Shown in pieces: positions 11,267-23,400 of a stretch of DNA of 64,000 bases (position 1 is the stretch's first letter; the number at the start of each line of letters is the position of its first letter). The DNA is taken from positions 5,919,784 to 5,983,783 of the forward strand of contig JAUPSS010000004.1 in assembly GCA_040285825.1 (NCBI GenBank), in the 5' to 3' direction. The stretch comes from Eukaryota sp. TZLM1-RC (taxonomy: Eukaryota; Protista; Metamonada: BaSk clade). Under the pieces are notes generated by a model. The model was not told the origin of the DNA. It was given only the letters and a program-made list of their open reading frames with translations, and searched no databases. Position numbers and translations under genes: made by a program.

Positions 11267-13600
11267 TTAAAAACAATTAAATTCCTTGTACCAAGTATTA
11301 AGTGAGCGATCATCAACATTTATTTCACATACAAAAGGACAAGTGAGCTTTAGATGTTTCAAAACCAAAAAGAACAATTCACAATTACTATAATTATTTT
11401 GTGATTTAATTGAAATCAGCCAGCAAATCAATAGTAAAATGTTATTTTCCAATAATTTTGAAGTAACACTTGGAGAAACTTTAAATAAAACGTAGAAGCA
11501 AAATCCATATAAAAATGAAACTGATGAAAAAGATGGCAAACATGAATGGACTCGGTACCTAAATTTGTCAGATTCTTTGAAATTGAGCACATTTGATTCA
11601 TATTGGGAAAAATAATGATGTTCATAACAATCATTTTGAAAATAAAGAGAATATAACTTCGAAATTGAAGACTCGAAACAAATAGAAGTGTTGTTGGTTA
11701 GATTAAGAATTAAATTCAATGAAAATATCAATAACTCATTGGAATCATTAATTAATTGTTCTACAAACACGGAATAATTATCTGGAAATAATGTTAAATA
11801 GGATAATAAAAAGAAGAAACTCGTAATAGAATTAAAATCAATTGTAGAGAAACACTGCCAAAATGTTTCAAAAGAAGTTAACTTGAAATGATCCAAAAAA
11901 AGACTGAAAACGCCATAATTAATAGCTTGACTGAATAAACAAATAGATCGTGGATTTAAAAGGCTAATTCTGCACAAATGTACCACAACAGGGTTTCTTG
12001 AAAGCAGGCTAACAACTCCCTGGGACTTAAAGTCCATAAAAGAAACTAAATGTTGGACCCTTGGCTGCACTCTGTTGAAAATTGTCATGGACTGAATAAA
12101 TATACTGGGATAACATGATAGATACGAAAGACAAGTGGAAATAATATCGAAATTAGAATTCGAAATAAAAGAAACAAGTAAATGTAATAAATTACAAAAA
12201 GAATTACTTGAATGTTTCATATTGGTTAATTGATATAAAATTAACTTGAAATACGTAATAGGCTGCAAAGACAAAGAATTAAAGTCTATATCATCTATTA
12301 GGTATTTTTCAGAAACATCTGTCAATTTAATCATTAAGTTGGCGGTAAATTCGCTTAGTTTGTCATATCCTAAACAATTAAAAAGAGTCTGGAAATACTC
12401 ATTTCTATTCCCCGCCAATACATAATTTGGGCAAAATTTGAAAACTAATCCAACAATTACTACTGAAAATTCTACTGTTTTGATGGCATTTTTTGAAAAC
12501 CATTCAAAATACCGTGTGGTAGACAAAATTTTTGTTGCCGATTGTACAACTTTTTTCGAAAACAAACTTCTAAATAGATGCGTCCTGCAAATCATATTGG
12601 TATTTGAAACAACAAAGTTACTTCCACAGACCCAATGTATTAACCAACCTCCCGTGGCACTCTCCAAAGAACACAATAACAACGCTAAATGATGGAGAGA
12701 TTCCCTTGACGAGTGACTCTCTTTTAATGGTTTAATTAAAGAAAACACAGAGTCAAATAGCGAGCAACAAGATTTTTCATTAAATGAATGCCAACGTAAA
12801 GGAATTTCCAGTAGTAATCGATGTAGGTGCCCAATTCTGAAGGTTAAACTTTTCAATAACGAGGGGGTTCTTGAGTTTGAAATTAGTTTGGCATGAATAA
12901 CAGAACAATGCTGGGCGTAGAGAGAAGTGTACTCAGCCAGGAAAAGAGGATGTGAAGCAAGAGTAATACCAAGAAAGAGTCTAGAGGCTGCATAGGAAGG
13001 ACAGTCGGGAAGAGAGGAGAGGAAGGTGGTGAGGGTTAGTTGGAGGGTGGAAATTGCTTTGGAACAAAACGGCGAAGAGGCGAGCTCAAAGTAAGAGAAG
13101 TAGGATAAATGATGAAGAGCGGTCAATGCATTGGAAGAGGAACGAGAGAGGCATGCTTTCTTAAGGGAGTCTAATGTAGGGGCAATACTGGATTCTTCTG
13201 GGAAGTGGAGGAGTGAAGGGGAGAGTATTTGGGAGAGGGTGAGAGGAACAGGATCGTCAAATGTATCAGTGATAAGGTGGGGAGAAGAGGGAGCAAATGT
13301 GGTGATGGAGTTGGAGAGAGTATCAGTGATAGGGGAGACAAGAGAGATTGGAATGTTATAAGAAGAAAGGGTTCGACTGGAAGGAGGGGCCTGGGAAGCT
13401 AGGCATTTGCTTAATGTGACCAGATATCTAAAGAAAGGCGGTTTGAATGATGAAGATCTTTGTGATTGGGAGTAGTAATGATGAAGTGTATCGAGTAGCT
13501 GGTTCGTTATAGTGTCAACAGAAGCATCTGGTTGTTCAGCAACGAGGCCACGAGCTTTGTAGGAGAGAAAGGAGAACAATTGTGTGAGTTCAGCTTGCAT
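11267..13600 (-). CDS. 777-aa helical protein, BROMI/TBC1D32-like
   Basis: Long ORF; FFRYL near the N-terminus and RLLLEIPLRWHSFNEKSCCSLFDSVFSLI..GGWLIHW resemble recalled BROMI segments. Confidence 0.5.
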   Translation of the reverse strand: MQAELTQLFSFLSYKARGLVAEQPDASVDTITNQLLDTLHHYYSQSQRSSSFKPPFFRYLVTLSKCLASQAPPSSRTLSSYNIPISLVSPITDTLSNSITTFAPSSPHLITDTFDDPVPLTLSQILSPSLLHFPEESSIAPTLDSLKKACLSRSSSNALTALHHLSYFSYFELASSPFCSKAISTLQLTLTTFLSSLPDCPSYAASRLFLGITLASHPLFLAEYTSLYAQHCSVIHAKLISNSRTPSLLKSLTFRIGHLHRLLLEIPLRWHSFNEKSCCSLFDSVFSLIKPLKESHSSRESLHHLALLLCSLESATGGWLIHWVCGSNFVVSNTNMICRTHLFRSLFSKKVVQSATKILSTTRYFEWFSKNAIKTVEFSVVIVGLVFKFCPNYVLAGNRNEYFQTLFNCLGYDKLSEFTANLMIKLTDVSEKYLIDDIDFNSLSLQPITYFKLILYQLTNMKHSSNSFCNLLHLLVSFISNSNFDIISTCLSYLSCYPSIFIQSMTIFNRVQPRVQHLVSFMDFKSQGVVSLLSRNPVVVHLCRISLLNPRSICLFSQAINYGVFSLFLDHFKLTSFETFWQCFSTIDFNSITSFFFLLSYLTLFPDNYSVFVEQLINDSNELLIFSLNLILNLTNNTSICFESSISKLYSLYFQNDCYEHHYFSQYESNVLNFKESDKFRYRVHSCLPSFSSVSFLYGFCFYVLFKVSPSVTSKLLENNILLLICWLISIKSQNNYSNCELFFLVLKHLKLTCPFVCEINVDDRSLNTWYKEFNCF

Positions 13601-13852
13601 TCTTTGTATTCATAGCTTCCGTGATAAAAGATGTTGTGAATACCAACGTTGTATGAGTGGAGATTACAACAAAATTTTGATTTTGTGTGCAAAATTGACT
13701 GAAAAGGTGACTGAGGTTTTGTCACTGAGCAAGCAAAAATACATAATCCCACAAACAATTAAGACATCTGTGGGCCATGTGATACATTGGATAGGCATTT
13801 GATACCATTGTGCAAATAAGAAATTGCTTATATTACCCAAATATTTCTATAA

Positions 13853-14890
13853 TATTTATTGAACATGCACACTTAATTAAATTAATTCATAACTATTGGG
13901 ACGACTGACGTTGAACCAAGATTTCCTCTACAAAATCCTGATCTGCTTGCTGTCTAGCTAAAGCTTCTCTTATTCAATTAAAAAACCGAGGTAATCTATT
14001 GATAATGGCAAATTGAATCCGCGAACGCCATAACAAAATATCAAATTTTTTCATTGTTTTTTCTTGCACCAATTTTCGGAAGTCATTCAAAAAAGTTTCT
14101 GCTTCATCTGATAATCTTCCATTTATCGAAAATGGAAAAGCAATAAAAACCAGCTGTGTATTTCTATCGGCATTAGCTTCTTCAATATCTTTATCATATT
14201 TTCTATGTTTTTCTTTTGCTTTAAAATCAAGAGCACTCACATGATTAGGTTTTCTTCCGTGCACCAAAGTATCATTTGCAACATTACATGAGACAAAGTC
14301 AAGAATAGCTTCAGAATTATCAATCCAATCACAGTATACATCACCTCTATCATCAGAACCAACATTATTCAGAGAAAGTGTTTCCTTCAGCAGAGGCTCT
14401 TTGATACACGATATTGTTGCAGTTTGTGCCATATTGAAAACAGTGTCTCTAACAGCATCATGTAGTGAAGAACGATAAGTTATCAATTTAGAACAATTCA
14501 GAGCATGGCGCAAAATGCGTTGAGGTGAATTCGAACAAATACATTTTTATTTTGATAATAATTGATTAATGGGGATATTCAAATATAATCTCATTTTTGT
14601 TACAAATGCTTCATTAGTGACACACAATCCAAATCTTCGTGGTACAATGGTTACAAAAAGTGAAGAATCTAATGACTTTTTTTCACAAACACCCTTTTCC
14701 AATAACAATGAGTGAAGATCTTGATTTTAGACAGCCGAGCTGCATGTATTATTATAAAGATCATTTTCATACATTCCAGTCAATCGTTTCTGTAATGTTC
14801 GAAGAGTGTATTTTAAATTTAAAAACCGCCATAATATGGACTAAGATCAGCATGGTCTGGAATTTGGAACATTTTACATCCCAGTAATTG
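13853..14890 (-). mobile_element. family B RLE retrotransposon, truncated with internal deletion
   Basis: RHALNCSKLITYRSSLHDAVRD..RGDVYCDW; 3' UTR matches other copies; abuts the 5S array. Confidence 0.9.
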
Positions 14891-15343
14891 TCACAAAACT
14901 TTTGTTAATAAGTTTGCCAATTTTGTATCTGAAAATGTTTAAATTCTCATCTGATAATTTACAATTGGATGCGGCCATACTTGGTCTATAGCACCGGATC
15001 CCATTCCGAATTCCGAAGTTAAGCGGTCACAGGTCAGTAGTTGGATGGGAGACCACCAGCGAACACTGGGTGCTGCATCTTTTTAACTTTATGTTGGCTG
15101 AAAAATCCCTTTTCAACAAATTGTCAATTGATCAAGTTTATTCAATTGGCAATTTAATTTTCTCAAATGTGATTATTGTTTTGAATTGTTATGAGAAAAA
15201 TGAATTAAGAGAATGAAAAACAACACCATCCTTTTTTACTAAATTTGTTTATTGAAAGGTAAAGATAGCTACTGAGTTCCAACAATATGTTTGCCAATTT
15301 TGTAACTGAAAACGTTTAAATTCTCATCTGATAATTTACAATC

Positions 15344-17790
15344 GGATGCAGCCATACTTGGTCTATAGCACCAGATCCCATTCCGAATTCCGAAGTTAAG
15401 AGGACACAGGCCTGGGTGGGAGACCACCAGCGAACACTGGGTGCTGCATCCTATTAACATTATGTTATCCTATTAACATTATGTTGGCTGAAAAATCCTT
15501 TTTCAACAAATTGTCAATTGATCAAGTTTATTCAATTGGCAATTAAATCTTCTCAAATGTGATCATTGTTTTGAATTGTTATAAGAAAAATGAATTAAGA
15601 GAATGAAATACAACACCATCCTTTTTTACTAAATTTGTTTATTAAAAGGTAAAGATAGCTACTGAGTTCCAACAATATGTTTGCCAATTTTGAAACTGAA
15701 AATGTTTAAATTCTCATCTGATAATTGACAATCGGATGCAGCCATACTTGGTCTATAGCACCGGATCCCATTCCGAATTCCGAAGTTAAGAGGACACAGG
15801 CCTGGGTGGGAGACCACCAGCGAACACTGGGTGCTGCATCCTATTAACATTATGTTATCCTATTAACATTATGTTGGCTGAAGAATCCTTTTTCAACAAA
15901 TTGTCAATTGATCAAGTTTATTCAATTGGCAATTTAATCTTCTCAAATGTGATCATTGTTTTGAATTGTAATGATAAAAATGAATTAAGAGAATGAAATA
16001 CAACACCATCCTTTTTTACTAAATTTGTTTATTAAAAGGTAAAGATAGCTACTGAGTTCCAACAATATGTTTGCCAATTTTGAAACTGAAGATGTTTAAA
16101 TTCTCATCTGATAATTGACAATCGGATGCAGCCATACTTGGTCTATAGCACGGATCCCATTCCGAATTCCGAAGTTAAGAGGCCACAGGCCTGGGTGGGA
16201 GACCACCAGCGAACACTGGGTGCTGCATCCTATTAACATTATGTTATCCTATTAACATTATGTTGGCTGAAGAATCCTTTTTCAACAATATGTCAATTGA
16301 TCAAGTTTATTCAATTGGCAATTTAATCTTCTCAAATGTGATCATTGTTTTGAATTGTAATGATAAAAATGAATTAAGAGAATGAAATACAACACCATCC
16401 TTTTTTACTAAATTTGTTTATTAAAAGGTAAAGATAGCTACTGAGTTCCAACAATATGTTTGCCAATTTTGAAACTGAAAATGTTTAAATTCTCATCTGA
16501 TAATTGACAATCGGCTGCAGCCATACTTGGTCTATAGCACCGGATCCCATTCCGAATTCCGAAGTTAAGAGGACACAGGCCTGGGTGGGAGACCACCAGC
16601 GAACACTGGGTGCTGCATCCTATTAACATTATGTTATCCTATTAACATTATGTTGGCTGAAAAATCCTTTTTCAACAAATTGTCAATTGATCAAGTTTAT
16701 TCAATTGGCAATTTAATCTTCTCAAATGTGATCATTGTTTTGAATTGTTATAAGAAAAATGAATTAAGAGAATGAAATACAACACCATCCTTTTTTACTA
16801 AATTTGTGTATTAAAAGGTAAAGATAGCTACTGAGTTCCAACAATATGTTTGCCAATTTTGAAACTGAAAATGTTTAAATTCTCATCTGATAATTGACAA
16901 TCGGATGCAGCCATACTTGGTCTATAGCACCGGATCCCATTCCGAATTCCGAAGTTAAGAGGACACAGGCCTGGGTGGGAGACCACCAGCGAACACTGGG
17001 TGCTGCATCCTATTAACATTATGTTATCCTATTAACATTATGTTGGCTGAAAAATCCTTTTTCAACAAATTGTCAATTGATCAAGTTTATTCAATTGGCA
17101 ATTTAATCTTCTCAAATGTGATCATTGTTTTGAATTGTTATAAGAAAAATGAATTAAGAGAATGAAATACAACACCATCCTTTTTTACTAAATTTGTTTA
17201 TTAAAAGGTAAAGATAGCTACTGAGTTCCAACAATATGTTTGCCAATTTTGAAACTGAAAATGTTTAAATTCTCATCTGATAATTGACAATCGGATGCAG
17301 CCATACTTGGTCTATAGCACCGGATCCCATTCCGAATTCCGAAGTTAAGAGGACACAGGCCTGGGTGGGAGACCACCAGCGAACACTGGGTGCTGCATCC
17401 TATTAACATTATGTTATCCTATTAACATTATGTTGGCTGAAGAATCCTTTTTCAACAAATTGTCAATTGATCAAGTTTATTCAATTGGCAATTTAATCTT
17501 CTCAAATGTGATCATTGTTGTGAATTGTAATGATTAAAATGAATTAAGAGAATGAAATACAACACCATCCTTTTTTACTAAATTTGTTTATTAAAAGGTA
17601 AAGATAGCTACTGAGTTCCAACAATATGTTTGCCAATTTTGAAACTGAAAATGTTTAAATTCTCATCTGATAATTGACAATCGGATGCAGCCATACTTGG
17701 TCTATAGCACCGGATCCCATTCCGAATTCCGAAGTTAAGAGGACACAGGCCTGGGTGGGAGACCACCAGCGAATACTGGGTGTTGCATCC
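15344..17790 (+). pseudogene. seven consecutive 5S copies with the same 11-nt internal deletion
   Basis: CCTGG|GTGGG instead of CCTGGTCAGTAGTTGGGTGGG; also a 19-nt duplication downstream and no adjacent T-run. Confidence 0.8.
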
Positions 17791-18072
17791 TATTAACATT
17801 ATATTATCCTATTAACATTATGTTGGCTGAAAAATCCTTTTTCAACAAATTGTCAATTGATCAAGTTTATTCAATTGGCAATTTAATCTTCTCAAATGTG
17901 ATCATTGTTTTGAATTGTTATATGAAAAATGAATTAAGAGAATGAAATACAACACCATCCTTTTTTACTAAATTTGTTCATTAAAAGGTAAAGATAGCTA
18001 CTGAGTTCCAACAATATGTTTGCCAATTTTGAAACTGAAGATGTTTAAATTCTCATCTGATAATTGACAATC

Positions 18073-18191
18073 GGATGCAGCCATACTTGGTTTACAGCAC
18101 CGGATCCCATTCCGAATTCCGAAGTTAAGCGGCCACAGGCCTAGTCAGTAGTTGGATGGGAGACCACCAGCGAACACTGGGTGCTGCATCT
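18073..18191 (+). rRNA. 5S rRNA (first full-length copy)
   Basis: 119 nt; helix I GGATGCAG/CTGCATCT; box A-like AGTTAAGC; box C-like TGGATGGGAG; T5 terminator. Confidence 0.93.
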
Positions 18192-20319
18192 TTTTAACTT
18201 TATGTTGGCTGAAAAATCCCTTTTCAACAAATTGTCAATTGATCAAGTTTATTCAATTGGCAATTTAATCTTCTCAAATGTGATCATTGTTTTGAATTGT
18301 TATAAGAAAAATGAATTAAGAGAATTAAACACAACACCATCCTTTTTTACTTAATTTGTTTATTAAAAGGTAAAGATAGCTACTGAGTTCCAACAATATG
18401 TTTGCCAATTTTGAAACTGAAAATGTTTAAATTCTCATCTGATAATTGACAATCGGATGCAGCCATACTTGGTCTATAGCACCGGATCCCATTCCGAATT
18501 CCGAAGTTAAGAGGGCACAGGCCTGGTCAGTAGTTGGGTGGGAGACCACCAGCGAACACTGGGTGCTGCATCCTATTAACATTATGTTGGCTGAAAAATC
18601 CTTTTTCAACAAATTGTCAATTGATCAAGTTTATTCAATTGGCAATTTAATTTTCTCAAATGTGATCATTGTTTTGAATTGTAATGATAAAAATACATTA
18701 AGAGAATGAAATACAACACCATCCTTTTTTACTAAATTTGTTTATTAAATGGTAATGGTAGCTACAGTTTCCCAACAATATGTTTGCCAATTTTGTAACT
18801 GAAAATGTTTAAATTCTCATCTGATAATTTACAATTGGATGCGGCCATACTTGGTTTACAGCACCGGATCCCATTCCGAATTCCGAAGTTAAGCGGCCAC
18901 AGGCCTAGTCAGTAGTTGGATGGGAGACCACCAGCGAACACTGGGTTGTGCATCTTTTTAACTTTATGTTGGCTGAAAAATCCATTTTCAACAAATTGTT
19001 AATTGATCAAGTTTATTCAATTGGCAATTTAATCTTCTCAAATGTGATCATTGTTTTGAATTGTTATAAAAAAATGAATTAAGAGAATGAAATACAACAC
19101 CATCCTTTTTTACTTAATTTGTTTATTAAAAGGTAAAGATAGCTACTGAGTTCCAACAATATGTTTGCCAATTTTGAAACTGAAAATGTTTAAATTCTCA
19201 TCTAATAATTTACAATCGGATGCAGCCATACTTGGTCTATAGCACCGGATCCCATTCCGAATTCCGAAGTTAAGAGGCCACAGGCCTGGTCAGTAGTTGG
19301 GTGGGAGACCACCAGCGAACACTGGGTGCTGCATCCTATTAACATTATGTTGGCTGAAAAATCCTTTTTCAACAAATTGTCAATTGATCAAGTTTATTCA
19401 ATTGGCAATTTAATTTTCTCAAATGTGATCATTGTTTTGAATTGTAATGATAAAAATACATTAAGAGAATGAAATACAACACCATCCTTTTTTACTAAAT
19501 TTGTTTATTAAATGGTAATGGTAGCTACAGTTTCCCAACAATATGTTTGCCAATTTTGTAACTGAAAATGTTTAAATTCTCATCTGATAATTTACAATTG
19601 GATGCGGCCATACTTGGTTTACAGCACCGGATCCCATTCCGAATTCCGAAGTTAAGCGGCCACAGGCCTAGTCAGTAGTTGGATGGGAGACCACCAGCGA
19701 ACACTGGGTTGTGCATCTTTTTAACTTTATGTTGGCTGAAAAATCCATTTTCAACAAATTGTTAATTGATCAAGTTTATTCAATTGGCAATTTAATCTTC
19801 TCAAATGTGATCATTGTTTTGAATTGTTATAAAAAAATGAATTAAGAGAATGAAATACAACACCATCCTTTTTTACTTAATTTGTTTATTAAAAGGTAAA
19901 GATAGCTACTGAGTTCCAACAATATGTTTGCCAATTTTGAAACTGAAAATGTTTAAATTCTCATCTAATAATTTACAATCGGATGCAGCCATACTTGGTC
20001 TATAGCACCGGATCCCATTCCGAATTCCGAAGTTAAGAGGCCACAGGCCTGGTCAGTATTTGGGTGGGAGACCACCAGCGAACACTGGGTGCTGCATCCT
20101 ATTAACATTATGTTGGCTGAAAAATCCTTTTTCAACAAATTGTCAATTGATCAAGTTTATTCAATTAGCAATTCAATTTTCTCAAATGTGATCATTGTTT
20201 TGAATTGTAATGATAAAAATACATTAAGAGAATGGTAATGGTAGCTACAGTTTCCCAACAATATGTTTGCCAATTTTGTAACTGAAAATGTTTAAATTCT
20301 CATCTGATAATTTACAATT

Positions 20320-20438
20320 GGATGCGGCCATACTTGGTTTACAGCACCGGATCCCATTCCGAATTCCGAAGTTAAGCGGCCACAGGCCTAGTCAGTAGTT
20401 GGATGGGAGACCACCAGCGAACACTGGGTGCTGCATCT
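20320..20438 (+). rRNA. 5S rRNA (representative of ~24 full-length copies from 18073 to 26664)
   Basis: 119 nt, canonical eukaryotic 5S motifs, ending in a TTTTT Pol III terminator. Confidence 0.93.
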
Positions 20439-23400
20439 TTTTAACTTTATGTTGGCTGAAAAATCCCTTTTCAACAAATTGTCAATTGATCAAGTTTATT
20501 CAATTGGCAATTTAATCTTCTCAAATGTGATCATTGTTTTGAATTGTTATAAGAAAAATGAATTAAGAGAATGAAATACAACACCATCCTTTTTTACTTA
20601 ATTTGTTTATTAAAAGGTAAAGATAGCTACTGAGTTCCAACAATATGTTTGCCAATTTTGTAACTGAAAATGTTTAAATTCTCATCTGATAATTTACAAT
20701 TGGATGCGGCCATACTTGGTTTACAGCACCGGATCCCATTCCGAATTCCGAAGTTAAGAGGCCACATGCCTGGTCAGTATTTGGGTGGGAGACCACCAGC
20801 GAACACTGGGTGCTGCATCTTTTTAACTTTATGTTGGCTGAAAAATCCCTTTTCAACAAATTGTCAATTGATCAAGTTTATTCAATTGGCAATTTAATCT
20901 TCTCAAATGTGATCATTGTTTTGAATTGTTATAAGAAAAATGAATTAAGAGAATGAAATACAACACCATCCCTTTTTACTTAATTTGTTTATTAAAAGGT
21001 AAAGATAGCTACTGAGTTCCAACAATATGTTTGCCAATTTTGTAACTGAAAATGTTTAAATTCTCATCTGATAATTTACAATTGGATGCGGCCATACTTG
21101 GTCTATAGCACCGGATCCCATTCCGAATTCCGAAGTTAAGAGGCCACATGCCTGGTCAGTATTTGGGTGGGAGACCACCAGCGAACACTGGGTGCTGCAT
21201 CTTTTTAACTTTATGTTGGCTGAAAAATCCCTTTTCAACAAATTGTCAATTGATCAAGTTTATTCAATTGGCAATTTAATCTTCTCAAATGTGATCATTG
21301 TTTTGAATTGTTATAAGAAAAATGAATTAAGAGAATGAAATACAACACCATCCTTTTTTACTTAATTTGTTTATTAAAAGGTAAAGATAGCTACTGAGTT
21401 CCAACAATATGTTTGCCAATTTTGAAACTGAAAATGTTTAAATTCTCATCTAATAATTTACAATCGGATGCAGCCATACTTGGTCTATAGCACCGGATCC
21501 CATTCCGAATTCCGAAGTTAAGAGGCCACAGGCCTGGTCAGTATTTGGGTGGGAGACCACCAGCGAACACTGGGTGCTGCATCTTTTTAACTTTATGTTG
21601 GCTGAAAAATCCCTTTTCAACAAATTGTCAATTGATCAAGTTTATTCAATTGGCAATTTAATCTTCTCAAATGTGATCATTGTTTTGAATTGTTATAAGA
21701 ACAATGAATTAAGAGAATGAAATACAACACCATCCTTTTTTACTTAATTTGTTTATTAAAAGGTAAAGATAGCTACTGAGTTCCAACAATATGTTTGCCA
21801 ATTTTGAAACTGAAAATGTTTAAATTCTCATCTAATAATTTACAATCGGATGCAGCCATACTTGGTCTATAGCACCGGATCCCATTCCGAATTCCGAAGT
21901 TAAGAGGCCACAGGCCTGGTCAGTATTTGGGTGGGAGACCACCAGCGAACACTGGGTGCTGCATCCTATTAACATTATGTTGGCTGAAAAATCCTTTTTC
22001 AACAAATTGTCAATTGATCAAGTTTATTCAATTAGCAATTTAATTTTCTCAAATGTGATCATTGTTTTGAATTGTAATGATAAAAATACATTAAGAGAAT
22101 GGTAATGGTAGCTACAGTTTCCCAACAATATGTTTGCCAATTTTGTAACTGAAAATGTTTAAATTCTCATCTGATAATTTACAATTGGATGCGGCCATAC
22201 TTGGTCTATAGCACCGGATCCCATTCCGAATTCCGAAGTTAAGAGGCCACATGCCTGGTCAGTATTTGGGTGGGAGACCACCAGCGAACACTGGGTGCTG
22301 CATCTTTTTAACTTTATGTTGGCTGAAAAATCCTTTTTCAACAAATTGTCAATTGATCAAGTTTATTCAATTGGCAATTTAATCTTCTCAAATGTGATCA
22401 TTGTTTTGAATTGTTATAAGAAAAATGAATTAAGAGAATGAAATACAACACCATCCTTTTTTACTTAATTTGTTTATTAAAAGGTAAAGATAGCTACTGA
22501 GTTCCAACAATATGTTTGCCAATTTTGAAACTGAAAATGTTTAAATTCTCATCTAATAATTTACAATCGGATGCAGCCATACTTGGTCTATAGCACCGGA
22601 TCCCATTCCGAATTCCGAAGTTAAGAGGCCACAGGCCTGGTCAGTATTTGGGTGGGAGACCACCAGCGAACACTGGGTGCTGCATCCTATTAACATTATG
22701 TTGGCTGAAAAATCCTTTTTCAACAAATTGTCAATTGATCAAGTTTATTCAATTAGCAATTTAATTTTCTCAAATGTGATCATTGTTTTGAATTGTAATG
22801 ATAAAAATACATTAAGAGAATGGTAATGGTAGCTACAGTTTCCCAACAATATGTTTGCCAATTTTGTAACTGAAAATGTTTAAATTCTCATCTGATAATT
22901 TACAATTGGATGCGGCCATACTTGGTTTACAGCACCGAATCCCATTCCGAATTCCGAAGTTAAGCGGCCACAGGCCTAGTCAGTAGTTGGATGGGAGACC
23001 ACCAGCGAACACTGGGTGCTGCATCTTTTTAACTTTATGTTGGCTGAAAAATCCCTTTTCAACAAATTGTCAATTGATCAAGTTTATTCAATTGGCAATT
23101 TAATCTTCTCAAATGTGATCATTGTTTTGAATTGTTATAAGAAAAATGAATTAAGAGAATGAAATACAACACCATCCTTTTTTACTTAATTTGTTTATTA
23201 AAAGGTAAAGATAGCTACTGAGTTCCAACAATATGTTTGCCAATTTTGTAACTGAAAATGTTTAAATTCTCATCTGATAATTTACAATTGGATGCGGCCA
23301 TACTTGGTTTACAGCACCGGATCCCATTCCGAATTCCGAAGTTAAGAGGCCACATGCCTGGTCAGTATTTGGGTGGGAGACCACCAGCGAACACTGGGTG

